Positions 38,565-50,224 of a stretch of 64,000 nt of DNA are shown one piece after another. Positions within the stretch are counted from its first letter, which is position 1; the number at the start of each line of letters is the position of its first letter. The position numbers and the translations under genes are program-made. The notes under the pieces are model-generated. The model was not told the origin of the DNA. It searched no databases and saw nothing but the letters and a program-made list of their open reading frames with translations. Source of the DNA: Takakia lepidozioides (Eukaryota > Plantae > Bryophyta); assembly GCA_030704615.1 (NCBI GenBank), contig CM060732.1:3472001-3536000 (forward strand). The letters are read 5' to 3'.

Positions 38565-38984
38565 TCATAGGCTCACTCCTCCGGGCTCACAGAATAGCAC
38601 CCCCCTCTTGCACTGGCTGCATGTGTACCCCTGGTCTGGCTGGGTCACATTGTCAAAAAGGTCTGCAAGGACGTACTTCTGCGCGGTGCTCGTCTGAGCC
38701 TCGTGTGGTAAAAGGAAGATAGTCGCCAAGTAGGGCTCCGTAAGTAGAATCTGTGTATCGTGCACATGTATGGTGCAGGTGTTTGTGTTGTAATGTTCCA
38801 AAGACTCCTTGCACAACTCATCATGCTTGAGATTCCAATCCAGAGTGGTGATGAAGAAGGGAAGGCCAAGACTCTCCAAGATTGCCTGCGTATCCGAGTC
38901 CCTGTCACTTTCCCTTAATACTGGGCTGAGCTTAAAGCTCACCCTGGCATAAGGGCTTTGGCTCTTCCGCTTGGTGTCGGCCAT
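38565..38984 (-). pseudogene. Truncated ORF similar to the N-terminal domain of the Gypsy extra ORF
   Basis: ILESLGL...LDWNLKH...YNTNTCTIHVHDTQILLTEPYLATIFLLP...LADLF...QGYTC aligns by eye to ILEELRL...LDWTLHH...FEPRTGTTTVKGVELMITPLYLQQLFRLP...IGDLF...QGYAC (13300-13590). Confidence 0.6.
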
Positions 38985-39156
38985 TGCTCTTACTCGCGAG
39001 GTTGCCGCAAGGAATTGAACAATCAATTCCAGCAATATCAAGAGCATACAGACGTGGTTATAAGGTAGTAACACCTAAATGTGTGCATTTAGTGAGTGTG
39101 GCTTACACAGGAGGTGCACTGAGGAGATAATGGTACCATTGGATTAGCAATACAAC

Positions 39157-39482
39157 TGTCAAGTTAAATAAGCACAGTGTGAAAACAGCTAGAATAAAAC
39201 TAGTTATTTGTATTTAACACTTGGATTTAGGTCAAGTGTTAAATCAGGTGTCAAGTTTAGTTTGACACCTGGTCCGTCTTATCTTCACGAGAGCGGCAGT
39301 CGCGCAGCTCATCTCTCTCGAGTTGAGCCTGCGCGATCGAGCTCCTGCATCGTTTAGGATTGAGAGTGCTTATGATAGGAGTGTAGGTTGTTGTGGGGTG
39401 GAGTCCCCATAGCTTGGGGTGCCCCTGGCTCGACTACTATTTCAAAGAGTGATGGTTTTGGTTTTCATGTTTTGTGTCAACA
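39157..39482 (+). repeat. Terminal repeat segment B1 (326 bp)
   Basis: Matches 49891-50216 with one mismatch seen. Confidence 0.95.
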
Positions 39483-41418
39483 GTGTGTTCTTTGGTTTTC
39501 TATCACTCGAGAGAGATGAGCTCTATCTAGTTTTCCAGTGCTAAGCTAGATATGATGTTTTTGTTTTTTTAACTATTATAATATAGATGGTCATGGTCTT
39601 GTACACAGCTCAAGCAATGAGCATAGAACGGCGCTAGCTGGAGTTTGTCTCACATCCTCAGTCGCAATGGTGGGACTCGGGGGGTATAGGTAGAGTGGTT
39701 GAAGCACGGCAGCAGCTCCTGACCCTCTGTTTGCCAACTTTGAAAATCTTGAGGCTGAGCCTAAAGCCCTGGCCCTGTTGGGGTCTAACTTTTGGGCTGC
39801 TTGCCACTTTCAAGCTTCTTCACACTGCAGCCTGCGCGTATGGAGACGACGCAATCCTCTGATAACTGAAGGTGCCAGGCGGCTGTTGCTGCACCGACGT
39901 GTTAGTCAAATCCCGAACTGTTGCGCGAGGGGATTCGCTCCGAAGTCTTGCAGGGTGTGCCCGAGCAGGCATGTGTGGATGAGCAGTGTCTACTTAGGAA
40001 ATAGACTGTAGACCAGCCAGCACCAGTTGTCTTGTTCATACCACGCAAGTGAGATGGCGGACGGGAGGAAGCTCATGCGAAGCCTCTCTTGTGTGACCGG
40101 GGCGTGTGTACGACGGGGAAGCGTGAGAAGATGCACTGATGAGCGGGTTTTGTAGAGGGAAATTTCCGTGTTTGACTGCGCAAAGGCAGTGGCTGTGGAT
40201 GTCGGAGCGATGGTATCGGAGTACGCTGGAGAGATAAGAGTCTCCGTGTTGCTGAAGGCGGAACTCATGCCCAGTGCTGAGTACAGTTGTTGTGGCATCT
40301 AGTGTCCGTCCTTATGCTACTTTGCAGAAGACCTGGTGTTGGCAAATGGGTGGCAGGGTCGCTTCTCTAGGAAGAACGTCACGGGCTTGAGTTTTTCGCC
40401 TGTTAGTCCGTTCTCTCTTAAAGAGTCTGCAGTGTGCAGTTGGTTGCTTCCCCGTGCGTAAAAAACCGTGTAGGCTAATGCACAGAAGGAGAGAAGACAT
40501 ACATACTGGGGGACAGTTCTTCCGGGAGCTAAGGTGGGGAGAGATGGAAGAGAGAGGACATTAAATGGGCAATACTTGTATTGGTGCAGCAAGTAAGACC
40601 GGCTTCTTCCAAGGCTTCTCACGGACCAATTCCTTTTCTTCGACAGCCACATGCAACAGTCAGCCCACGTCCACCTCCCAGGCGGAATTCCGTCACGACC
40701 GCACCAGCAACCCGATCAGTAGTCAAGGCTCCCCAAAGCGAGACCTTGAGCATCACACTACCCAGAAAACACCCCCATTACTAACCACATTCAGCCTGTT
40801 GGGGCTGTCCATAACTACGAGCAGTTCAAAGAGGTGATTGAAGCCATGAAGAAAGGTGGGGAGGTGAAGGTGACACCAGGGCAAAGCCTGACTGCCGCAG
40901 TGCTTCAGCGGCAGACAGAGAATCTTAGGGACTTCTACATTCTTGGGAGGGTAGTCAAATGTCAGGCAGAAACACAGTGACAGGTGCAGGCAGCTGTGGG
41001 AAAGGCCAAGCAAGAGCAGTCCAGGGGAGGATTGACGAGGTCACCATATCTTAGGCCATTTGCTGGAAGGGAGGGGCGCTTTCTGACAGTGTCAACCTCC
41101 CAGGCTGGCGATCCTCAGGTTTTGGAGGATTGAACCTCAAGGTCGTGTTTGTTGCAGGAAAGCATGAGAGTGGGAGACTGTGAACTCACCAGGTGACACT
41201 TGGTGTATGAGCGGGATATGAGCTGAAGGGATCGACTCAACGTTGCCATCGGTAGTGTTTCTTCTATGGTGAGGCTTGGTTGATGACCAGCCAACCATAG
41301 GAGTTCTTGTGGTGGATGCAGGTGCAGGTGCTCTGAGCCATTGGGATATGACCCTTAAACTGCAACAGGTGCCCACCCGTGTCACTATTAGATTAGTACT
41401 AGAGCCTTATAGTGTCAT

Positions 41419-43140
41419 GTGGAGGAGGTGCATATTGTGAGTGTCATTACGGAGTTACCCAAGGGTTTTGAGGGGAGTACGGCTACAGGCAGTAACAGTG
41501 AGAGTGGGTTCACAAGACGAGGTATTCGGTTCAGACCATCTTCACCGCCACCCTCAATTACTGTAGAGTCAGACACAGACTCGGAGGCTTCATCAACAGG
41601 TGTGCACTTTCATTCGCCATTGTTGTGGGACGACATGGAGGAGATGTATGGAGCTACCAAGGGGCCTCGTAGGTACTCTGGAGCTGTGGGCACAATTGAG
41701 TTGGATGACTTTATCCAGGAGTTCGACAGCTGGTGTGATTTGCAGCAGATGCGCAATCCACAACTATTCACCCCATTCATGGCGTGAAAGGGACTGTTTC
41801 AGCATTTGGAAGGCCCGCCTATGGACGATTACCACGAGTTCAGGCGAGGACATGAAGCAGAGATTGAGGAGTGGAGGATATATTGGTCACCTGACTACGT
41901 CTCCATTACTCGAGGCACGACACGACCAGTAGCTGCATCAGTAACAATAGCTCCACTGCCAGCACTAGTAGTGGAGCAAGTAGTGCTGGTACTTCTGCAG
42001 GTGGTACCAGTTCAAAAGGTGCTACTACTCCTCCTGCCACGACTACAACACATGTGCCTAGATTCAACCCGGTGGTGGAGTTCTTCCAGGAGTTGCGGAG
42101 GAACTACCAAGGTGTACGGACAGAGAAGCTGCGAAGTTTGCAAGACTTCCAGCGCAAACCCAATGAGAGCCTGCGAGAGGCGTACACTCGTATGAGGCGC
42201 TTGATAAGTGTGACCCAAGGGGTTACTGAAGCTCAGGCAATCCAGTTTTGGTATGGAATTCTGGACAAGGAGCTCAAGAGAAGGGTGCGAGATGCAACCC
42301 TGTTACAAGCAGCCCAACCCACATTAGCAGATGTGTTTCTGCTGGCTGAGCGGATTGAGCTCAACATGGTGGAGGAGCGAGTTGTTACAATTGGATTTGG
42401 CAAGGACATGCCTGCACGGGGCACAACTGTCAGCCCACAGGCACAAGGGACTGCCCAACAGCGTGGTCAGGGGGGCAAGGTTTCTCAACCCAAGTTCCAT
42501 GGAGCTTACAGGGGACCTCAGGTGCAGAGGCCCGTGGCATCTTTTGCAGGCCAACAGCAACCAGGGGTGATATGTTGGACATGTGGAGGACCCCATGTCA
42601 AGAGAGATTGCCCAGAGAGTGGCAAAAGGCCGGCACAAGCACAGCCTGCACAGTTGCAGTGTGGGCATTGTGGCAAGTATGGGCATGGAGATGCCCAGTG
42701 TTATGACTTGCATCCTGAGTTGCGCCCAGGCCAGTTCCAAGGGAACAATGGTGGCCGGGGGCGAGGTGGACCAGCCCAAAGAGGACGAGGTGGTCGGGCA
42801 CAAGGTGCAGGCCAAGGGCAAGCTCCACATGGCCAAGGACGCAGAGGTCAGGGTGTTGACCAAGGCATGGCCAATCGGCTTCAGCAGCTAGAGCAGAGGC
42901 TCGCTGCCATGGCTATAGCTCAGGCGGTACTGGCTCCCAGGCAGGATGGTCCACCTCCTGCTCCTGAGGGAGGAGATATGGGAGGCATGGGATTCATGTG
43001 CAGAGCAGCACTACCACTAGAGCAGTGGAGTCTGCTGCAGCCGTGACTCGAGGAGCAGCACGAGTTCCTGAGCCACGAGGTGCAGAGGTGGAGTTGGATC
43101 CACAACGTGGGGAGGCAAGCCGTCAGGCAAGGCTGCCTTA
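41419..43140 (+). pseudogene. gag: gag with two zinc knuckles (stops and frameshifts)
   Basis: PRRYSG...LDDFIQEF, FQRKPNESLREAYTRM, CWTCGGPHVKRDC, CGHCGKYGHGDAQC; in-frame TGA at 41785. Confidence 0.85.
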
Positions 43141-43150
43141 GTCATTCACC

Positions 43151-45292
43151 TTGGCGGAGACAGTGTCAACGCCATCCATGGCACCTAGTTCTCGCCCGAC
43201 TGTTACCGAGGCGGAGGTTACTCTGCCATTGGGGAGAGCTACACGTGCAGCACTGACACCTACTACCAAGGCTAGTGCAGCCGGTGTGTTATTGGGGGCA
43301 GCCACCTCTGTGTGTCAAGCCCCACTGTTCTCGGCAACCTTGATTGCAACGCCGGAGGTGAGACCAGCTGCAGTGTTCAGACTAGCAGCAACACTCTGTG
43401 AGAGTGGGGAGGTCACTTCATCTTCTGCGGAGTTAGTGGAAGGTGTAGTGGCAGAGGGATCCTCGGATTTGAGGGTCAAGACTGCCACGGCTGTGCCATG
43501 GCAAGCTGCAGCTGCCAGGTTGACGGAGCTGCCAGCTAGGCCAGCCTTTGAGCGCGCCATGGTGACACCTGGAGTTGTCTTGTTAGACAACCAGGGAGGC
43601 ATTTTCACTTTGAGTGGACCGGCAGGCAAGAAGTACCGGCCACTGCGGGTCTTGTTGGACTCGGGAGCCCAGCCACTGATGTTAGGCAGAGCTGCTATTG
43701 CAGGTTTGGGCCTCATGGAGGCGGATATGGAGCCTTGTCCTTTCCAGATACAGACATCTCTGGGAGGATCAGAGCAGGCACGGGGCATGACACGGCATCA
43801 GTTGGCTATTAGACTGCAGCCGGATCATCCTGTAGATGGCTCAGTGATGCGAGCCAAAGCCATTGTGACAGACGCGGTCTCTTACAATGTCCTCGTTGGT
43901 GGGGCAGTGTTATACCCCATGGGCTTCACCCTGGACTTCTGGGAGGAGTCAGCATTCTACAGGCCTGGGTGGCAGTCAGGGGATGGTCGTCGTGCACAGC
44001 TCCCTGTGACATTCATTGGGGGTATTGCAGCTGCCCAGCGGGGCAAGATACCAACACTAGCTGCCTTCACAGCTGCAGTTAGTTGGCCTGGAGAGTTGCT
44101 GGAAGGCAATGCCCATGCAGAAGATGTGCCACCTCCAGCAGAGCAGGATGACATACATGGTATGGCGGAGTTGCCTGCCATGGTTGCTCACACTCCATTG
44201 TGGGGTACGAGCAAGGATTTGCAGCAGGTTGCTGATCGACGGGTGCAACAAGCCTGGGTAGAGGCTTTTGTACCGTCAGGAGAGGAGGAGAGTGCGGGTA
44301 TTGCACCAGGACCACCTCAGTTGTCACCATTGGATACCACACCTATTGTGTGGCAGTATCCGGATGAAGGCATTTGCCTTCTGGACTTGTTTGGCGGGAT
44401 CAGCACCGGATTGGCTGCTGTGCTACAGGCAGGTGTACGAGTTCGACGTTACCTGTATGTGGAGAAGGATGAGACTGCACGACGTGTCTCACTGCGCCAT
44501 GTTGCTTGGATGCTGCAGCAGTACCCTGAGTTGTTGCCGGTGTCTGCAGTTCGTGGATATCAGCAGGCTTTGCCAGCAGACATTGCGTTGCTGGGGGCGC
44601 AGGATTTGGAGCGGGTTGGCTCCATTGATCTGGTAGTGGCAGGTTGGCCCTGCCAAGGGCATTCATCAGCCGGGCATGGCAATGGATTGCTAGACTCGAG
44701 GACGGGTTTGTTTTGGGAGATGGTGCGGATTTTGCGCCACTTGCAGCTTCATCAAGCTGTATCTCCGGCATACATCTTGGAGAATGTGCCGCTGATGGGT
44801 GATTCTCGGGCCAGGGTGATGGCCAGTGTGCATCAAGTCCGGTCGTGGCTTGGGTCAGCAGTGTTGCTGGATGCACCTGCAGTGGGGTCACGGGCTCATC
44901 GTCCACGACTATGGTGGACTAACTTGATGCCACCCGCACTGCTCAAGCGTGCATTTGATGGGGTGCAACGGCCAGCACACCTCACCGTGGATGGCATTTT
45001 GGACACAGGAAGGCAGTCTCAACGTGTGAGACACGATGACCGTTCGCCTTTGGCAGTGGTCAACAGGGTGGGTCAACCACGAGCAGCATTACCTACCCTG
45101 CTCAGCTTCCCAGGATCCCATGCTTTTCGGGATGGTGGACCTGGCCTCCTGTGGGATGCTCAATTACAGCAGTTAGTGGAGCCTAATGCCGACGAGCGAG
45201 AGCGGGCTATGGGGTTTTCCACTGGGACCACGGCGGTGCCTTCTCTTTCTGAGGCATCACGTCGTCAGGTGTTGGGGCAAGCAATGGCATAG
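43151..45292 (+). CDS. Aspartic protease fused in frame to a DNMT3-like C5-cytosine DNA methyltransferase
   Basis: Protease VLLDSGAQ. MTase motifs: I LDLFGGISTG, II YVEKD, IV GWPCQ, VI ENV, VIII RAHRPRLWWTNL, IX ERERAMGF, X RRQVLGQAM (continuing as LNCLTWIVSL at 46081). Confidence 0.93.
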   Translation: MAETVSTPSMAPSSRPTVTEAEVTLPLGRATRAALTPTTKASAAGVLLGAATSVCQAPLFSATLIATPEVRPAAVFRLAATLCESGEVTSSSAELVEGVVAEGSSDLRVKTATAVPWQAAAARLTELPARPAFERAMVTPGVVLLDNQGGIFTLSGPAGKKYRPLRVLLDSGAQPLMLGRAAIAGLGLMEADMEPCPFQIQTSLGGSEQARGMTRHQLAIRLQPDHPVDGSVMRAKAIVTDAVSYNVLVGGAVLYPMGFTLDFWEESAFYRPGWQSGDGRRAQLPVTFIGGIAAAQRGKIPTLAAFTAAVSWPGELLEGNAHAEDVPPPAEQDDIHGMAELPAMVAHTPLWGTSKDLQQVADRRVQQAWVEAFVPSGEEESAGIAPGPPQLSPLDTTPIVWQYPDEGICLLDLFGGISTGLAAVLQAGVRVRRYLYVEKDETARRVSLRHVAWMLQQYPELLPVSAVRGYQQALPADIALLGAQDLERVGSIDLVVAGWPCQGHSSAGHGNGLLDSRTGLFWEMVRILRHLQLHQAVSPAYILENVPLMGDSRARVMASVHQVRSWLGSAVLLDAPAVGSRAHRPRLWWTNLMPPALLKRAFDGVQRPAHLTVDGILDTGRQSQRVRHDDRSPLAVVNRVGQPRAALPTLLSFPGSHAFRDGGPGLLWDAQLQQLVEPNADERERAMGFSTGTTAVPSLSEASRRQVLGQAMA

Positions 45293-46080
45293 ATCAGGAT
45301 TAGATCTTGCTTGGGCGGGCTTCTATTCTTCCCCTCCATCTCTGTACTATTTTCATTACCTTGTACTCGTAGTTGCCAAAGCCTCTCTTGGTGGAGGCCA
45401 GTCACTCCGGGGTTTTGGGCTGGGCTATTCTGCAGGATCAGCATTGCAGCTGGGTTTTGGTGTGGGGGTGTTGATGTTTTGATTTCTTGTGTTTGGATCC
45501 CCCCCAACACCTGCATGCTTGACTGTGCGCCATGTTGGTTTTGTGTGGGCGCTTGCTTTCATAGGGATTAGGCCGGATTTGATCACCGGTCAATCCTAGA
45601 GTATGCTGTCGGTGGTGAGGCTGGAGTGATGACGCGCATTGGCGTACCTGCATCCTGAGTGCCCGGAGCACAGGGTGTACTAATCTGAAGCCTTCTCACG
45701 TTCTCCTTGACAGAAAGGCCAAGACCTGCATCACCGACCTTCACATCCCACGCACTGCCACAGCATAAGAGCACAGAACGAGAGGAGGGGTGAATCCAGA
45801 TTGTGAGAACTACATGAACATGTTTGGGAACCCGAAGATAACCAGGGAACAGGGAACCAAGACAAATATTTAAAAAATAAATAAAAATAAAAATATTTGT
45901 ATTTGTTTGGTCTTTTGATCTAATTTAAAGGATTTAGAGCCAAATTGGTCATATCTTTGTCAAATGGACTCTGTTTGACTCAGTTTTTGGGGGAATAGCT
46001 GCAGAAAGGGGAAATCTACCTATCTAAACCTGGTTTCTGTTTTGGGGACTCTGCTAAAAATCTATGGAATTTTTAGAGTG
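45288..46080. mobile_element. ~790-bp non-coding insertion in MTase motif X, probably a non-autonomous TIR (CACT-type) element
   Basis: Interrupts GQAM/LNCL. The right end reads CACTCTAAAAATTCCATAGAT on the minus strand; the left end begins CATAGAT. Confidence 0.65.
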
Positions 46081-49000
46081 CTCAATTGCTTGACCTGGAT
46101 TGTCAGCTTGGCTATGGCTGAGCAACGTAGAGTGCGGAGTGCACTTCCCTTGACGGTCTCTCTGCCTACCGAGACGGTACAGGCAGCGAGTGGGGGCGAG
46201 CCGGTGAGGACCACGGGGTGTAGACATCCATGGCACACGTGGGAGGTGCTCGAGGTTCAGAGGGAGTTGGCAGCCAAGGCAGCTGTGATGGATGAGGTTG
46301 GGGATTCTTCTCCGGTTGAGGAGGTTCTCAATGATGAGATGATGGGGCAGGATGAGGCCTTGTCATTGACTGAGCAGGAAGGGGGTACTGCTCAAGAGGT
46401 TGCAGCATAGCAACCACGGGACGCGTCCTCTACCTCTAAGCCCACTGGACTTAAGGTTGCAGTTACGGAGGACAATTGGGAGCCTGACATTGGACCCATT
46501 GTCACCGGAGGAGAGAGACGACGTATACGGCGGTTCCTGAGGGCTTACAGGAATTGCTTTGCCTTCAGTTTGAAGGACTTGGGAGCACTGAAGGTCAAGA
46601 GATCCGTATTGAGTTGGCCACTGACACGCCAATCTTTCGGAGACCCTATAGATACAGTGACATGGAGAGGTCTTTGATTCAGATGAGGACTCAAGATCTC
46701 TGGGAGGCAGGTTTGGTGGAGCTCTCTGGTGGAGAGTATGCTTCAGCCACAGTGATGCCAGCTAAGAAGGATGTCTATGGCAATTGGACGGAGAGACGTA
46801 TGTGCGGTGATTACCGGCCTGTAAATCGTCAGACCAAGTCCGATAGGTATGCCATGCCGACACCAGAGGAGATCTTTGATGCCATTGGGCATTCCAAGGT
46901 CTTTAGCACGTTGGATTTACGATCCGGATATCACCAGTTGCCGATCAAGGAGGCGGATAAGCAAAAGACGGCATTCTGGGGGATCAATGAGCACGGGAAG
47001 GATTGCCTATACCAGTGGCGGTTCTTACCATTTGGGCTTAAAAACGCTCCCGCTGAGTTTCAAAGAGTCATGGACAGGATTCTAGCAGGGGTGGAGTTTG
47101 CTCGGTGCTACATAGATGACATCATCATCTTTAGTGCTACGGTGGAGGAGCATGAGAGACACCTTCAGGGGGTATTTGAGCGCTTGAGGGCGCACGGATT
47201 GAAGTTACATCCGGGAAAGTGCAAGTTTTTCCACAACCAGATTGAGTATCTGGGGCACATGATATATCCTGGAGGATTGGGGGTACAGCAGACTAAGGTA
47301 GAGTCCATTGCACAGGTTCCACGCCCCACGGATGTGAGCCGAGTTCGAGCTTTCATGGGGTTAGCAAACTATTACAGACGGTTTGTTAAGGGATTTAGTG
47401 CCATTGCAAAGGCTCTAACCAAGCTGACCAAGGTGGACCAGGCGTGGCAGTGGGAAGATGAGCAAGAACAAGCTTTTCAAGAGCTCAAGGCGCGGTTGAC
47501 CTCGGCGCCCATCTTAAGACGACCTATCAGGGGGCGTCCTTTTCAGCTGCATACAGATTGGAGCATGCTGGGGCTTGGAGCGGTGCTCACACAGGTGGAT
47601 GATGAGGGAAGAGAGTTCGTAGTGGCTTATGCTAGCCGCTCGAACAACACTGCAGAGTCTTATAGCTCATAAGGGAGAATGCTTAGCTGCAGTGTGGGCC
47701 GTGGCACACTTCAGGTGCTATCTATACGGCAATCTCTTCACCCTTGTCACGGATCACCAACCACTCAAATGGTTGATGGAGTCAGACAAGCTTACGGGGA
47801 AGCTTGCACGGTGGGCACTCATCCTTCAAGAGTATGACTTTCAGGTGGTGCATCGACCAGGTTTGGTCAATCGCAATGCAGATGGGTTGAGTCGCAATCC
47901 ATGCACGAGCCAACAGGATGACACTGGAGCTCGGTGGCATGGTGAGACGGACGAGGAGATGGTGCCCGGATGGCATGCATCTGCATTTCTGTGTATCTTG
48001 GCAGCGGAAGGCCAGGTTGGATCTGCAACAGGGATGACTATAGATCAAGTGTCTGAGGACCCTGAGGCCAGCAATGAGCAAGGTGGCGCCAAAGATATAC
48101 ATGAGGATTCAGTTGTGTTGGACTACCTCCGCACTGGAGACACGGCAGCCACTGTGACTGCCAAGGAGAGGGATCGGATCCTACAACGAGCCAAGAGGTT
48201 CAAGTGGGAGGGGACACACCTGCTCCGAGTGTGGGAGGATGGTCAAGTGAGGATTGTGCCTCACCCAACACAGCGGGCACGGTTAGTGCGGCATGCCCAC
48301 GAGGAGTTGGGGCATTTTGGGGTGCGACGCACCCATAGCCTACTACAGGGGCAGTATTGGTGGCGTGGTATGCACACAGAGGTGCAACAATTTGTGGCTA
48401 GGTGCATGGTGTGTGACAGGGTGCGTGCTTCATTCAACGCCCCTACTCCACAATTGCACCCTCTTCCGATCATAGGATTGGGCTATAGGTGGAGTCTTGA
48501 CTTTGCAGGGCCGTTGCCACTGACCATGCATCACAACAAGTATGTGTTGGTGATGGTGGAGCACTTCTCCAAGTGGATTGAATTGGTTCCATTGCCTGAT
48601 AAGGCTAGTGAGGGAGCTGCGTATGCATTCTTGGATTGTGTGCTTAGCCGATTCGGTGCTCCAGCTGAGGTACTCACGGACCAAGGGAGAGAGTTCTTGG
48701 GGGAGTTTCAGGCTTTGTGTGACAAGGCCTTGATAGACCACCGCACCACTTCTCGGGATCATCCTGAGGCCGATGGCTTGGCAGAGAGAGTTGTTCAGAC
48801 AATAAAGAGGGGTTTGCGCAAGTATGGCTTGCAGAAGGGACACCTAGGAGATTGGGACCTTCAGTTACCCTGGTTAGCCATGGGCTACAGGTTCAGCAAG
48901 CAAGCATCACTTGCCTCCTTCTCACCATACTTTCTTCTCTTTGGCCAAGAGCCGGATTTGCCTACATCCATTCGCAGAGAGGCTGCTACAGTTCTTAACC

Positions 49001-49539
49001 TTGACGATCTGGACGTGTGGGCACGTGCATGTGAGCAGCGTGCAGAGTTGTTCAAGAGAGTCATGCCCATGGCTTTCGAGAACCTTGCCATTGCACAACA
49101 CCGTGATACGTTGAGGTATGCTACCATACGTGGTCGGGGCTATCGTCCTGGGGTTCGGAGATTCAACCCTGGTGACTATGTCTATCTGCAGCAGACTGCT
49201 CCTACGACCCTGGATGTGACTGCAGGACGTGTTATTTTGAGGGTTCGAGAGGTCTTGCCCTCAGGCGTCTTGGTCTTGGAGGGTCGGGATGGCATAACTT
49301 GGAAGGACCATGTGCGTAATTGTGCGCCATGTCACCTTCCGAATGTCGATGGCAGGATTGACCCAAACCTGGCAGTGGTATCTGCAGGTTTGAGATGCAT
49401 GTTGTGTGGGTCTGCTAAAGGTGCAGCCACCATGCTGGTGTGTGATCGATGCTCTAGAGGTTGGCATATGGGATGCTTGACTCCACCTCTTGAGATGGTT
49501 CCAGATGGGGATTGGTTATGTCCACATTGCATTGGATAG
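46081..49539 (+). pseudogene. pol: Pol continuation: RT, RNase H, integrase, C-terminal PHD finger
   Basis: RT: LPFGLKNAP, YIDD. RNase H: TDWS. Integrase: HHCC, SLDFAG, TDQGREF, GLAER. PHD: CMLC...CDRC...WHMGC...WLCPHC. Stop at 46408; frameshifts near 46580 and 47670. Confidence 0.93.
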
Positions 49540-49803
49540 TGGGAGTGGATACAACCATGGAAGGCTAACAAGAAACGCAAGGCCCAACTACTAGGAGACC
49601 TTGAACACACGAGATCCTGGCTCAAGTTCACAGATTGCAAGACGGCGACTAACGATGGGGCTACTCTTGTATCCGGCCCCTTGGTCTATAGAGTTTGAGT
49701 ACAGTGATAGAGGACAGTGATAGAGGACTTAGTACGGCTGTGGCTATTACATCTTGTAGCTATCTGGCGGTAGAGGGACCTATCCACCAGCTAGGGGGGC
49801 GAT

Positions 49804-50216
49804 TGTGGCAGACTACGTTATTGTGAATATATGTGTGGTGTGGTTTGGATAGCGATGTAGTTGTGTAGCGATATGTATGCGCACGACAGCTGTCAAGTTA
49901 AATAAGCACAGTGTGAAAACAGCTAGAATAAAACTAGTTATTTGTATTTAACACTTGGATTTAGGTCAAGTGTTAAATCAGGTGTCAAGTTTAGTTTGAC
50001 ACCTGGTCCGTCTTATCTTCACGAGAGCGGCAGTCGCGCAGCTCATCTCTCTCGAGTTGAGCCTGCGCGATCGAGCTCCTGCATCGTTTAGGATTGAGAG
50101 TGCTTATGATGGGAGTGTAGGTTGTTGTGGGGTGGAGTCCCCATAGCTTGGGGTGCCCCTGGCTCGACTACTATTTCAAAGAGTGATGGTTTTGGTTTTC
50201 ATGTTTTGTGTCAACA
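49804..50216 (+). repeat. Complete 3' LTR (A1 49804-49888, GC, B2 49891-50216)
   Basis: Starts TGTGGC right after the PPT and ends GTCAACA. Confidence 0.92.
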
Positions 50217-50224
50217 GTGTGTAT

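Noticed and set aside
39990-40652. Possible antisense ORF in the 5' leader of the DNMT-Gypsy
   Set aside because: Two same-frame ORFs separated by stops, with no recognisable motif. Other copies are needed to evaluate it.
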